In this document: in pieces, positions 26,318 through 38,175 of the stretch
Layout: each line of letters begins with the position of its first letter
Numbering within the stretch: position 1 is the first letter of the stretch
NCBI RefSeq assembly: GCF_004010195.1
Contig: NC_057720.1
Location: forward strand, 7,164,328-7,228,327
Direction: 5' to 3'
From: Chiloscyllium plagiosum
Taxonomy: Eukaryota
DNA: 64,000 nucleotides
Position numbers and translations under genes: made by a program
Notes under the pieces: generated by a model
The model's database searches: none
The model's input: only the letters and a program-made list of their open reading frames with translations
Told to the model about the DNA's origin: nothing

Positions 26318-26517
26318 TGAAATAACTCCATGCCATCACCATCACCAAGTCCCCCTTAATTTACACATGGAGGGTCCTCCACACCTATCCAGCTCCCTCA
26401 GAGCCAGCTCTCAGTGTGAACAGAAACTCCTGTTTCTATCTGTCAGCCAGGGTTCCCTGATTGGTCCAGATTAACAGCCCCAATCAGGGAACTCATATTC
26501 TTGTTACAATCATTACA
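26318..26517 (-). mobile_element. Short solo LTR inside a CR1 fragment
   Basis: TG...CA ends; near-TSD CCCTC/CTCTC; internal inverted CCAAT boxes (GTTCCCTGATTGG...CCAATCAGGGAAC). Homologous to 54204-54348. Confidence 0.7.
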
Positions 26518-28456
26518 CTCTCATTCTTCTAAACTCTTAGACAATATAGGCACAGTTTGTTTTTTTGATGAGACAGAGCTACCTTTAAATTTATCCCTGT
26601 GCTGATCACACACCATTGTTTTTGGGTAGACAATAAGGATTTTGTTGAACCCAAGCTGAACAAAACTTCAAGCTTTACGTTACTACAAATGTTTTGACTC
26701 AATAAATGAGCATACTGGTGCTTTATCAGTGTTAACAGCATGATACTGTCTGAATGTAAGCTGAAGAATCACACAATACCTTTTCCCTTTTAATTGCTTA
26801 TACATAGAGGAATATATTATTCAATTCAGCTAGTCTATTATAACAGAGGATGATGAATGGACAGGCTGAATGAATACAAAGAAATGATGGTGACCACAAA
26901 ACTATCAGACTGCTGTATTAATTCAACTGGGTCGTTAATGTCTTTCAGGGAAGGAAACAGCTGTCCTTACCCGACCGGAGTCTGTATGTCACTCCAGCAT
27001 CACAGCAATGCGGTTGACACCTAACTGCTCTGGGAAATGGAAGAAAACACAAGACCTGCATTTACATGGCAACCATTACAACCACTGGACGACTCAAAGA
27101 ACTTGAGAGCCCATGAAGTCCATTAAAAATATTAGCACCGTTATAACTGACTCAGCCCGCACTGCTGGCTAGAGAAGAGAATTCGAAACACGAGTGACAC
27201 TCTGAGGGAAGAAATTCCACATTTGCGTTTTAAATGGGATACCCTTTATCTTTAATCAGACCGCTCTACTTCTAGACAAGATCCATCCAATGTCCACCTT
27301 GCCAAACCTGCTCAATATCTGACATGTATTAATAAGGTCACCTCTTATTCTTTAATATCCAATGAATTTAAGCCAATCAGCTCAACCCTTCCTTGGAAGG
27401 CAAGCCCATTATCCCAGGAAGTAGCTGTGCAAACCAGAAGAGCGTAAGAAATAGGAACAGGACAAGCCCATCTGGCCCCTTGAGCCTGCTCCACCATTCA
27501 ACAGGATCATAGCTGACCAAACACTCCTCACGTCCACTTTTCTGCCCTGTCCCCAGAACTCTTGATTCTCTGTATGGTCAAGAATCTATCCACACCTTTT
27601 CTGAAGTGTTTCCAACAAGAGTACATCCCTTCTTATGAAAGGTCCCAAAATTTTGCACAGATTTCTGTTTCCCAGTGAAGCCAGCATAGAGTTATGTTTA
27701 TGTCCTGACTTGCTTCTGTTATTTTGATCTCCAGCTGATGTATCAGTGCAGTCGGGCCCTACTCAACCATCTTGCTCCTTTCAAAGAGCGATGTGCAGTC
27801 TGAGGAATAACTCATAAGAAACGATCTGTTATAAACAAGCTGCCTGCTCCATACATTTCAAAGTATGGTGCTACGACACATCAGAGGGCCAATGAGTCAC
27901 ACAGTCATAGAGATGTACAGCACAGAAACAGACCCATCAGTCGAACCTGTCCATGCTGACTAGATATCCTAAATTAATCTAATCCCATTTGCCTGCACCC
28001 GGCCCATATCCCTCCAAACCCTTCCTATTCATATATCCATCCAAATGCCTCTTAAATGTTGCAATTGTACCAGCCTCCACCACTTCCTCTGGCAGCTCAT
28101 TCCATACACACACACCAACCTCTGTGTGAAAACGTTGCCCCTTAGGTCCCTATTAAATCTTTCCCCTTCTCACCCTAAACCTATGCCCTGGAGGTTTGGA
28201 CTCCACTACACTGGGAAAAAAATCTTATCCATGCCCCTCATGATTTTATAAACCTCTATACGGTCACCCCTCAGCATCTGATGCTCCAGGAAAAATAGCC
28301 TCAGCCTATTCAGCCTCTCCTGAAAGCTCAAATCTTTCAAACCCGGCAACATCCTTGTAAATCTTTTCTGAACCCTTTCAAGTTTAATATCTTTCCTCTA
28401 AAAAGGAGACCAGAACTGAACGCAGTATTCCAAAAGTGGCCTCACTAATGTCCTGC

Positions 28457-29225
28457 AATGTGGAGATGCCAGTGTTTGACTGGGGTGGTCCAAGTAAGAA
28501 GTCACATGGGTGGCACGGTGGCACAGTGGTTAGCACTGCTGCCTCACAGCGCCAGAGACCCGGGTTCAATTCCCGCCTCAGGTGACTGACTGTGTGGAGT
28601 TTGCACATTCTCCCCGTGTCTGCGTGGGTTTCCTCCGGGTGCTCCGGTTTCCTCCCACAGTCCAAAACTGTGCAGGCCAGATGAATTGGCCATGCTAAAT
28701 TGCCCGTAGTGTTAGGTGCATTAGTGAGGGGTAAATGTAGGGGAATGGGTCTGGGTGGGTGCGCTTCGGCGGGTCGGTGTGGACTTGTTGGGTCAAAAGG
28801 CCTGTTTCCGCATTGTAAGAAATCTAATTAATGACACCAGAGGTCAGACTCCAACAGGTTTATTTGAAATCACGAGCTTTCAGAGCACTGCTCCTTCCTC
28901 AGGTGAAGTGAGAGGGAAGCACACAGGCACAGAATTTACAGGCAGAGAGATCGAAAGATCATGCAAGTGGTGCAAGTGAAGTGCCAGTAGGCAGTATAAT
29001 AAGTCTCTGTAGATGATCAAACGTGTCAGACGGTATGAGTAAAGTGTCAACAGCTGAATAACAAGTGAAGGGATAACCGAGAATCTGATTAATTGAGGCT
29101 TCATGGTCTTTTGATTCTGAGCATGTGTGCTTTTCTTCAGTTCACCTGAAGGGGCAGCGCTCTGAAAGCTTGTGATTTCAAATAAACCTGTTTGACTATA
29201 ACCTGGTGTCGTGTGACTTCTGACC
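28457..29225. mobile_element. Penelope-derived family B element (long arm plus short inverted arm)
   Basis: ATGTGGAGATGCCAGTG... long arm to about 29100, inverted arm at 29135-29225. Degenerate hammerhead motifs at about 28870-28906(-) and 29142-29175(+). Confidence 0.8.
28508..28830 (+). mobile_element. HE1-type V-SINE nested in a family B element
   Basis: Full-length SINE; ATG is duplicated at 28506-28508 and 28831-28833. Confidence 0.9.
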
Positions 29226-29281
29226 CTGTACAGCTGCAACATGACATCCCAATTCCTCTACTCAACACACTGACTAATGAC

Positions 29282-29409
29282 TTCGAGGAGAAAGTGAGGA
29301 CTGCAGATGCTGGAGATCAGAAAGAAGGGCTTATCCCGAAACGTCGATTCTCCTGTTCCTTGGATGCTGCCTGACCTGCTGCGCTTTTCCAGCAACACAT
29401 TTTCAACAT
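29282..29409. mobile_element. Penelope-derived family A insertion with TSD
   Basis: TGACTAATGAC at 29271-29281 and 29410-29420. Confidence 0.82.
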
Positions 29410-31596
29410 TGACTAATGACGGCAAGCATACCAAATGTCTTCTTCACCATCTTGTCTACCTTCAAGGAACTCCCACTTCAAGGAACTATAAACCTGTATC
29501 CTAAGGTCTCTTTGTTCAGCAAGACTCCCCATTAAGTATACAAGTCCTGCCCTGATTTGTCTTACCGAATCTGGGTAAATATTTGTCGTGGTATTGGCTG
29601 GGGGAATGTATGGGTGGTAGGGGTCACAAATGCATTGCCTGGGTAGGTAGTTGAGGCAGGAAACCGCATAACCTTTAGAAAGTACTTTGAAGATCCCTAG
29701 TATGGAGGGATTGTCTAATGAGCAAAGGCTAAACAGACTGAGATTCTACTCACTGGAGTTTCGAAGAATGAGAGGTGATCTCATTGAAACACATTGGATT
29801 CCTAAGGCGCTCAAACAGGGTAAATGCTGACAGAATGTTTTGTATTCATTTTTTTGTATTCATTCATCAGATGAGGGTGTTGCATACTGGATGAGCATTT
29901 ATTGTCCATCCCTAGTTGTCCAGAGGGTAGTTAAGAGTCAATCACATTGTTGTGGGTCTGGAGTCACATGTTGGCCAGACCAGTCAAGGATGGCAGTTTC
30001 CTTCCCTAAAGGACATGAGTGAATCAGATGGGTGTTTCCAATAATAGGTTCATGGTCGTCATCAGACCTTAATTCCAGAGTTTTATTAAATTCAAATTTC
30101 ACCACCTCCCATGGTGGGTGTCAAATCAGGTCCCCAGAACATTCACTGGCTCATTGGATCAACAATCCAGTGATAAGATGACTTGGCCATTGCCTCCCAT
30201 CTCATGGGAGAGTTTAGGACCAGAGGGCATAGTCTCAGAATAAAGGAACGCCAATTTAAGACTGAGATGAGGAGAAGCTTCTTCTCTCAGAGGGTTGTGA
30301 GTTTTTGGAACTCCTTACCACAGAGAGCTGTGGGGGCAAAGACCTTATGTGTATTTAAGGCTCAGATAGATACATTCTCGATCAGTCAGGAACCAAGGGT
30401 TACAGGGAAAGAGACCAGCCATGATCCTATTGAATGGCAGAGCAGGCTCAAGGGGCCAAGTGGTCAATCCTGTTCCTATTTCTTATGGTCTTATAGGCAC
30501 TGGACATGTCATAACATTCAAGGCTATGTGTGGATTTAGAGTGATTTTTGTTTGTTCATACTCAATGGGCCAAAGGTCCTCTCCTGTACTGTAAGATCCA
30601 CGATTATAATTTGTTTGATTCCGCAACTCCCAAGTTTTACACCACTCTCAATTAGTAAATGCACCATTAAAGTTAGTGAGGGATCGTACTCAGGGTCGAC
30701 CAATTTACATTTCAGCGTTTTAAGTGAATGCAAAGAAAAACGAGAAAATATATTTGACAGGCATTTCGAGGGAATTGATAAAAATAAAGCAGATTTCACA
30801 GCTAACAGAAACAATCACTCCCGACATAGTGCACTGTTCCTCTACCAGGCTGAAAGGTTAAGAAGAATGAGTGGATCAGTTACCAGCATCACACGTAGGA
30901 GGTGGACTGTTGACAGAGAGGATGCACAGTGGGCTGCCATTCTACAGATGGTACATTTGAACACAACAGAAGAGGCATCCATCTTACGAGGCTTACAGAG
31001 GGACACACAGCAGGAATAAAGAGAAGGTGTATGATCTTTTAATGGATTTCCCCTCACAGTTAAGACTCTCAGATATTCCTACTTGCAGGCCTGCATTTTG
31101 ATAAGAAGCAACCACTCCCCTTCAGAGCAGGCTTACAGCAGGGTAGTAGTCGAAAGGCTACAATCTACAACGTGACTTGTCAAGTTCAGCTCAGGAATCG
31201 ACAACTCCGAAGGACTTAGAAGGTACACATGCTGACATGCTGGATGAATGTTTGACCTGCAGTTTGAGAATGTCTCTTACCCACACTCTAGTCGAGCGGT
31301 TCCGAGTCCTACTCACAGCATTCTTTGGGTACCAAATGGTTTGAGACTCTACAATACACAGACAAAACATCGACACAAATTTCTGCAGAAGAGGCACTGT
31401 CTAAAAGAGCACACCTCAGGCAAATCTTAGCTGTGTTTTGGGTGAGTCAGAGATGGGAGCATCAAATGAGCCAGGCAGTCGTGCATTTTCCAGTTATAAA
31501 GGAGACCAGTTTAACACTTAACATTCAAGACTCTTGCAAAAAAAACTCCTCCTAAGCCAAGGAACACAGAAAACAGAAGGAAAGGTTTGTACTCAC

Positions 31597-31706
31597 TGTA
31601 GGGGACGCATTCATATTGGACCTCAAGATATTTGTAGGTCCCTGGACAAGGGTCGGGGAACACATCTGACCCCGTTACCACTACACATTGTGTTCGGTTG
31701 TTGCAC
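31597..31706 (-). CDS. ADGRL2: Latrophilin (ADGRL2-like) internal exon, C-terminal half of the rhamnose-binding lectin domain
   Basis: 110-nt exon encoding (R)[36 protein letters not shown], nearly identical to vertebrate latrophilins; TGSDVF is ADGRL2-like. Acceptor ...CCCCACACAG (AG at 31708-31707), donor GTGAGT (GT at 31596-31595). Phase 2 in, phase 1 out. The paralog call is less certain than the family call. Confidence 0.95.
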
Positions 31707-32977
31707 CTGTGTGGGGAAAACACAAGACATTCCATTGAAGCAGTCAATCTCCAGACGTTCCACTACATGGTTTAATACACAGCCTGCTTTGTCACACAAC
31801 AGGGTGGCAGGATCAATAGCTGGAGATACTTAATTAATATTACATTAGCAAATAAAATTAAACAGATAAGAAAAGGGTTTCTGGAGTACAAATGCAGTGC
31901 CTCATTGATTGGGTTAAATCTGACTGAACTGGAGGAAACTCAAAAGACAAGATAGTAAACAATTAGAGAAACAATTTACATATCTTCACACTATGATCAG
32001 TTCCCATTTTACTACTGCTTGCAAAACGAACATGAATTCTTGAGCAGAAATGCATACGGTCTATTGACCAGTTGAGATCAGCAGCATATTGTTCCATTGC
32101 GGCTGAGGCCTTATGTGCTGGAATTACTTTGTAATTTACTGACAATGGAGGCTGTTAAAACAAATGTTGGCACACAGATACTAGCTGGGGCAAGATTATA
32201 ATCAAACAGAAAGTACCGCTCTCGACAACACTCTCATGACACGGGTTTAATCAGACCTCAAATCCCAGGGCTCATCCTCACAAAAGCAACAATATAACCT
32301 GCCCTTCTATCTCGTGAGTTTGGTTACACAGACTAACTCTCCTTTGTCCACTGTGAGCACGCACTTAACAAGACAGCACTATACAGGCACATTTTCAAAC
32401 AGCGTACCAATAGGCTGTCAGAGTTGCTGGCCTTGAGTTTTCAGGGGTGACTGAGCGCGATCACAAGTAAAGCTCCGGGCCAAAGGTTAGGCGCAACGCC
32501 CAACCTCACCCAAGTAAAAACTCTTTCGTTTTGTCTGAGGGCTTGAAATTTAATTTTAAAACTGGGTCGCTGAACAAGGGCTGACTATGAAAGGGGGGAT
32601 TTGGCAGGAGTGAAGGGACATACGTTGACCATTGGGCAGTAACCGACAGCAAGCAGAGATTCCAGAACAAGGATGGATTTGATATACGGAATACTTGCTT
32701 CCTGATGATTGTCGGACTGAATATCCCTTGGGTAAGGTTTGATTTCTGATGGCTGGATTTATCTGTTTCCAAAAGGTCAAGTGGGGATTTTGAGTATCAT
32801 TTGAAATGACGCGGGTGTCTTTCCCCTTGCGTAGAACGTGGAGGTCACTGGCTCGGCTCACAATTGTTTCCCATCTCCAACTGGCCTTAGAATCCTGAAC
32901 AGATGGAAAGAGGCCATTCAGCCCATTGAGTCTGCACTGACCCCCTGAAGAGCATCCCACACTCATCCCATTCCATT

Positions 32978-33555
32978 TGGGGCAGCACGGTGGCTCAATG
33001 GTTAGCACTGCTGCCTTACAGTTCCAGAAGCCTGGGTTCAATCCCAGCCTCAGGCGACTGCCTGTGTGGAGTTTGCACATCCTCCCCTCCCCCATGTCTG
33101 CGTGGGTTTCCTCTGGGTGTTCCGGTTTCGTCCCACACTCCAAAGATGTGCAGGTTAGGTGAATTGGCCATGCTAAATTACCCATAGTGTTCCAAGGTGT
33201 GTAGGTTAGATGCATTAGTCAGGGGTAATTGTAGAGTAATAGGGTAGGGAATGGGTCTGGGTGGGTTACTCTTGGGAGAGTCAGTGTGGACTTGTTGGGC
33301 CAATGGCCCTGTTTCCACATTGTAGGCATTCCATTCACCCAGACCCAATCACCCTGCCCTAACCCCACATTTCCCATGGCTAACCCACCCAGTGTACACA
33401 TTAAGGCAATTCAGGATGGCCAATCCACATACGCTGCATATCTTTGGACTGTGGAAGGAAACAGGAGCATCCAAAGGAAACCCATGCAGACCATGAGCAA
33501 ACTTGAACCCAGGTCCCTGGCGCTGGGAGGCAGCAGTGCTAACCACTGAGCCAAC
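32978..33555. mobile_element. Tail-to-tail pair of HE1-type SINEs
   Basis: Plus copy at 32978-33325 directly followed by a minus copy at about 33330-33555. Confidence 0.85.
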
Positions 33556-36010
33556 CTGCCTAACATGGATCATTTCTAGAGGCCACAGAAGAGTTAAAGA
33601 CATTTCTGTGGACCCAGAGTTACATATCGAGGAAGGATGGCAGAGTGCCTTCCTTAAAGAAGGAGACTCCCACTAGAGAAAAACACCAGTAACAGTCAGA
33701 AATCCTTGGAAATGAATATACTGGTCCACCAATTTGGTGTATGTAAGAGGAGTCAGACTATCATGTCTCAAAACATGATAGTTTTTCCTTTGGGCTAACA
33801 AGTCAAACCTCAAGGAATCAAAGTTTCACAGCCATATTATGTGTTTGTAAACTGCTTCATGTATGCTACCTTCAAAATATGGTAAAAATCTAACACATCC
33901 AACAAACACCACACACCCAGGTCCAAGTCAAAATCTCAAAGTGCTTAATTTCTTTTAAAACATTCATTTTTTGCAAATTCCTTGTTTGGTCCTGTCTCAC
34001 TGCCCCTGGGCATCTCTCGGTCTTGTGAGTTATTCCCTTGATTGACAGGTGAAGGTGATGCACTTTATATACTTCTGAGGAATGGAGGCAAAGTGAACAC
34101 AGTCAGTGGGCTAAAATTCCTGCCAGTGTCCCCTGATGTAAAGCAACTCACAGGCTGTCCCTACACAGACACTTGGGCTTGGGAACTGTTGAAGAGTTTC
34201 ACTCATTACTGTCACTGATTCCTCACTGTCCCTGTCTGTCCAGAAAAACTCCCCACCACCATGTTTCTCTCTAACCATGCTTACACATGGCAGTCTTAGT
34301 CGTACTGGTCACGAATTCATGTAAAGACCTATCGTGTTCACCTTTGCCTTTTACAGCAGGAAGTCTGCAGTCCTTACACTGCCGAGGTTACATCTGACTC
34401 CAAACCCATAGGATGACTCTGAATTGCTGCATAATTGACCTCGTAAGACCCTCAGTTGCATTCATTTTTACCACTATCTACAGTGAGATAATCGAGAATA
34501 GGCATTAAGTCCTGGGCTACCCAGCAATGCACACATGGGACATAGGAATGTGAGCAAATAAACAAGAAACAGGAGCAGGCTATTCAGCCCCTCAAGCCTG
34601 TTCCACCATTCAACGATCTGTGACCTCACTCCATTTCCCTGCCTTTTGGCTCATATCTTTTAATACCTTCGCTTAATGAAAATCTGTCACAGATGTGGAA
34701 TTAATGACTGATTCTGCATCCACTAACATTTGTGGAAGAGAGTTCTCAGCAACTAGCAGCCTTTCTGTTCACACCCTGTGAATCAAGGACACAGTCACAA
34801 TTTTAGCTACATGCGAGGCAAACTTCAGAGGGCAAACCAGCATGTTTCTGAGCGAGTTTGTCTACTCCTGGTCGTTAATGACAGCTCAGCACAGCAAATC
34901 CTTTCTCTCAGGAGCTAAGACTTAATAGAATAGGGTAGCCCTTATATATTGTGTGGAACTGTGGGTGCAGCATGCAGAATGGTAGAGGTGATTCAATGTC
35001 AGAAACATTATACTGACCTCCATAATTTCTACTTGCATCTTACTACCGAAACCACTAGCAGGGTCCAGTTTCCACTGCGACCGATTCAGCATGCACATAA
35101 TCGACCCAAATAAGCATTTTGCAGGTCGGATTTCAAAAGATTTTATGTACAATCCGAACTCTGGTATAGATTTACAACAATGCCAAAAGGGTTTATCGAA
35201 GGCACTGCACAGTATGTTTGTGCCATTTTCAGAGCAGGCTTTGATGTCTTAATGCTGAATGATTTGAACACGCGGTTCAAACTCGGAGGCCTCAGGTGCA
35301 CGCACAGTATTGAAAATTGACTTTGCTATTTCTCCTGGGGCAGTTGTGGTCCTGACACTGTGATTCTCTGCCTTCATGGCAGTGACTTTTAACTCAACCC
35401 AAAGGGTCCGGATCAACATGAGCAAAGGTAACTTTGCAAAAATTAAAGCCTCAACTTCAGAGTCCAGAGAATCTATAACGCACAGATATCCGCAAATCAT
35501 TTGCAAGCAGAACAAAGGTCAGTGAGCTCATCTAACAGTCAGGAACATGTTCTAGACGTGGTCACACTATTTATGGCACCCAACTGCTTTTGCTCCCCTT
35601 CTCCCTCTCCGTTAGTCCTTGCCGATTTGAGATTCAGTTTGGAACTCAATGTGGACTATCCTGACTTTGTGTTAAATAGCTGACAGAGAGTTGGCTGCTC
35701 AGTCCCATACACCTCGTGGAATGGGGAGAACACATGTTGACTTCAGTGGGGGTAAAGATTGAGGGAGCTGCACCAACAGGCCACTGTCTGCTATACACGA
35801 CCACTCAAGGCCAACATCCAGTTCACTGACTACTTGTTTGGAAGGTCAATTCTGATTCAAAGCAGAGAAAATTCTGTAGGAGCAGATTACTGCAGATAGA
35901 GTCATAGACTCCTATAGAATGGAGACGGGCCCTTTGGCCCGAACTGATCCATGCCGACCAAAATATCCGTCCATAACCCATTTCACTGCACTTGGCTCAT
36001 ATCCTTCTGA

Positions 36011-36129
36011 GCTGAAAATGTGTTGCTGGAAAAGCGCAGCAGCATCCAAGGAGCAGGAGAATCTACGTTTCGGGCATGAGCCCTTCTTCAGGAATGTTGA
36101 TCTCCAGCATCTGCAGTCCTCACTTTCCC
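36011..36129. mobile_element. Penelope-derived family A insertion with 15-bp TSD
   Basis: CTCATATCCTTCTGA at 35996-36010 and 36130-36144. Confidence 0.88.
36060..36095 (-). ncRNA. Minimal hammerhead motif (family A), sense to the host pre-mRNA
   Basis: Minus strand ATTC-CTGAAGA-A-GGGC-TCAT-GCCC-GAAA-CG-TA-GATT. Confidence 0.65.
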
Positions 36130-36383
36130 CTCATATCCTTCTGATCCTTTCCTATCCATGTATTTATCCAAATGCCTTTTAAATGTTGGTAATGTCCCCG
36201 CCTCAACCACTTCCACTGGTAACTTCATGCGTACCACCCTCTGTGTAAAAAAGATTCCCCTCAGGTTCACTTTTATTCTTTCCCCTCTAACCTTAAACTG
36301 ATGCCCTCTTGTCTTCGATTCCCCAATCCTGGGGAAAAAAAAAACTGAGTGCATTCACCCTATTGATGCCTCTTATGATCTTA

Positions 36384-37024
36384 ATTCGGAGATGCTGGTG
36401 TTGGACTGAGGTGCACAAAGTTAAAAATCACACAACACCAGGTTATAGTCCAACAGGTTTAATTGGAAGCACACTATCTTTCGGAGCGACGCTCCTTCAT
36501 CAGGTGATTGTGGAGGGCTCGATCGTAACACAGAATTTATAGCAAAAATTTACAGTATGATGTAACTGAAATTATACATTGAAGAATTGATTGTCTGTTA
36601 AGCCTTTCATCTGTTAGAATACATTGATAGTTTCACTTCTTTCATGTGTAAATCACAAAACTCTTTTTTTAAAAAATTGCATTCTCGGGTTAGCTGTTAA
36701 CAATGGTGATAGCTAGACAATATGTTGAAGGTGTTAGCCCCCTGTGTTCTCTGTCTATGACCTGATGTTTAGATTGATTCCAATCTAAAAAGTGAGATAA
36801 CAGAATTTTTCATAAATTCATGCAGTTTTTGAGCTCAGAGTTCTACATGAATGTATGTGGTTTTTGAGTAAAGTGCAATGTAACTCTGAAAGTACAAAAA
36901 AAATTCACCACACAAAATATATGTGTGCATGTAGGTCTTTGTCTGTCTGTGTGTGTGTCTGTCTGGGGTGGGGGCTGTGAGTGTGAGAAAGTGTGTGTGT
37001 GTGTGTAGTGAGTGCAGAGTGTCT
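36384..37024 (-). mobile_element. Penelope-like family B 3' region (about 640 nt)
   Basis: AT-rich UTR-like body ending in a hammerhead motif, ATTAAA and the family B terminus. Confidence 0.8.
36472..36506 (-). ncRNA. Minimal hammerhead motif (family B), sense to the host pre-mRNA
   Basis: Minus strand CAC-CTGATGA-A-GGAGC-GTC-GCTCC-GAAA-GA-TA-GTG, with stem I CAC/GTG. The loop here is AGAT, versus palindromic AGCT in sibling copies. Confidence 0.7.
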
Positions 37025-37774
37025 TATATACTTCAATAAGATCCCCCTGACACCCTTGTCTCCTACACTCTAAAGAAAAATGTACTAGCATGTCCAACCT
37101 CTCCCTATAACTCAGACCGTTGTGTCCTGGCAACATCCTTGTAAATTTCTTCTGCATTCTTTCCAGTTTAATAACATCCTTCCGATAGCAAGGTGACCAA
37201 AATGGAACACAATACTTCAAGTGTGGCCTCAGCAATGTCCTATATTACTTCCTAACTTCTATACTCAATGGCCTGACTTATGAAGGCCAGATGCTGGAAT
37301 CTACTGAAAACAAAAGTGCTGGAAATCACAGCGAGTCAGGTAGCATCCGTGCAGAGAGCAAGCAAAATGTTTCGAGTCAAGGACATTAGCTTGCTCTCTG
37401 TCCATGGATGCTGCCTGACCCGCTCTGATTTCTAGCATTTTTTGTTTTCAGAGAAAATGCTGCCTCATCCATGATGTCAAGGGAGGGGAGACATGCAGAA
37501 GGCTGCAGTCTGAATCCTGAGGACGTGACGTGGAAGAAGTCAAGGTGTAAGGTGGGAGCTAATGGCGTCAAATCTTCTGCTCCATGTTTACCCACAACCC
37601 CTACTCCTACTTCTACTGGATTAATTGGGTCACATTGTTCATTCCTCTTTTTAAGTCAGATTCTATATCAATTTGACCACTCAAAGAGTTATCTATACTC
37701 CTCTGGGGAGGTGGTGGCATAATGGGAACATCATTGGATGAGTCATCTCCAAACCCAGGCTAATATCCCAGGAG

Positions 37775-37989
37775 GAGAAAGTGAGGTCTGCAGATGCTGG
37801 AGATCAGAGCTGAAAATGTGTTGCTGGAACAGCGCAGCGGGTCAGGCAGCATCCAGGGAACAGGAGAATCGACGTTTTGGGCATAAGCCCGAAGATTCCT
37901 GAAGAAGGGCTTATGCCCGAAACGTCGATTCTCCTGTTTCCTGGATGCTGCCTGACCTGCTGCGCTGTTCCAGCAACACATTTTCAGCT
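37775..37989. mobile_element. Penelope-derived family A hairpin insertion with 15-bp TSD
   Basis: Inverted arms of about 80 bp; CTAATATCCCAGGAG at 37760-37774 and 37990-38004. Confidence 0.9.
37893..37932 (+). ncRNA. Minimal hammerhead motif (family A)
   Basis: AGATTC-CTGAAGA(37899-37905)-A-GGGC-TTAT-GCCC-GAAA-CG-TC-GATTCT; stem I has 5 of 6 pairs. Confidence 0.7.
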
Positions 37990-38094
37990 CTAATATCCCA
38001 GGAGCAAAAGGTTTGAATCCCACCATGCTCGACGGTGAAATTTAATGAATTGAATGAGAAATCTGGGATCACTGTTGATTCTTATAGACTCTAT

Positions 38095-38159
38095 CTGGTT
38101 TAGGAATGGTTAAGTTAAGGAATCTGGTTAAGTTAAGGAATCTGGTTAAGTTAAGGAAT
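38095..38159. repeat. 18-bp minisatellite
   Basis: About 3 copies of GGAATCTGGTTAAGTTAA. Confidence 0.85.
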
Positions 38160-38175
38160 GTTCCTATGGCACAGT

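Larger units (their letters stand above)
27895..29570 (-). mobile_element. CR1 LINE hosting nested insertions
   Basis: CR1 sequence at 27895-28455 resumes at about 29226 and again at about 29410. Confidence 0.85.
35897..37290 (-). mobile_element. CR1 LINE fragment hosting family A (36011-36129) and family B (36384-37024) insertions
   Basis: LRPHLKYCVPFWSPCYRKDVIKLERMQKKFTRMLPG on the 5' side and GESKTRGHQFKVRG...FFTQRVVR on the 3' side. Confidence 0.88.

Noticed and set aside
28508..28580. tRNA-like sequences with A and B boxes (many copies)
   Set aside because: They are SINE heads continuous with the V-SINE core and tail, with no complete cloverleaf.
30552..31019. 155-aa plus-strand ORF antisense to the gene
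   Set aside because: It has a non-ATG start, no recognisable domain and no supporting gene structure.
32700..32750. TGATGA...CTGA...CTGA resembling a C/D box snoRNA
   Set aside because: It is only about 47 nt, lies antisense to the host gene, and has no convincing terminal stem or guide sequence.
37760..38004. Hairpin repeats interpreted as MITEs or miRNA precursors
   Set aside because: The arms are asymmetric and variably truncated, TSD length varies from 8 to 15 bp, and the arms carry PLE-type hammerhead motifs. There is no expression evidence for miRNA.
38095..38159. CRISPR-like or prokaryotic repeat array
   Set aside because: It is a simple tandem minisatellite without spacers, in a vertebrate intron with no cas genes.
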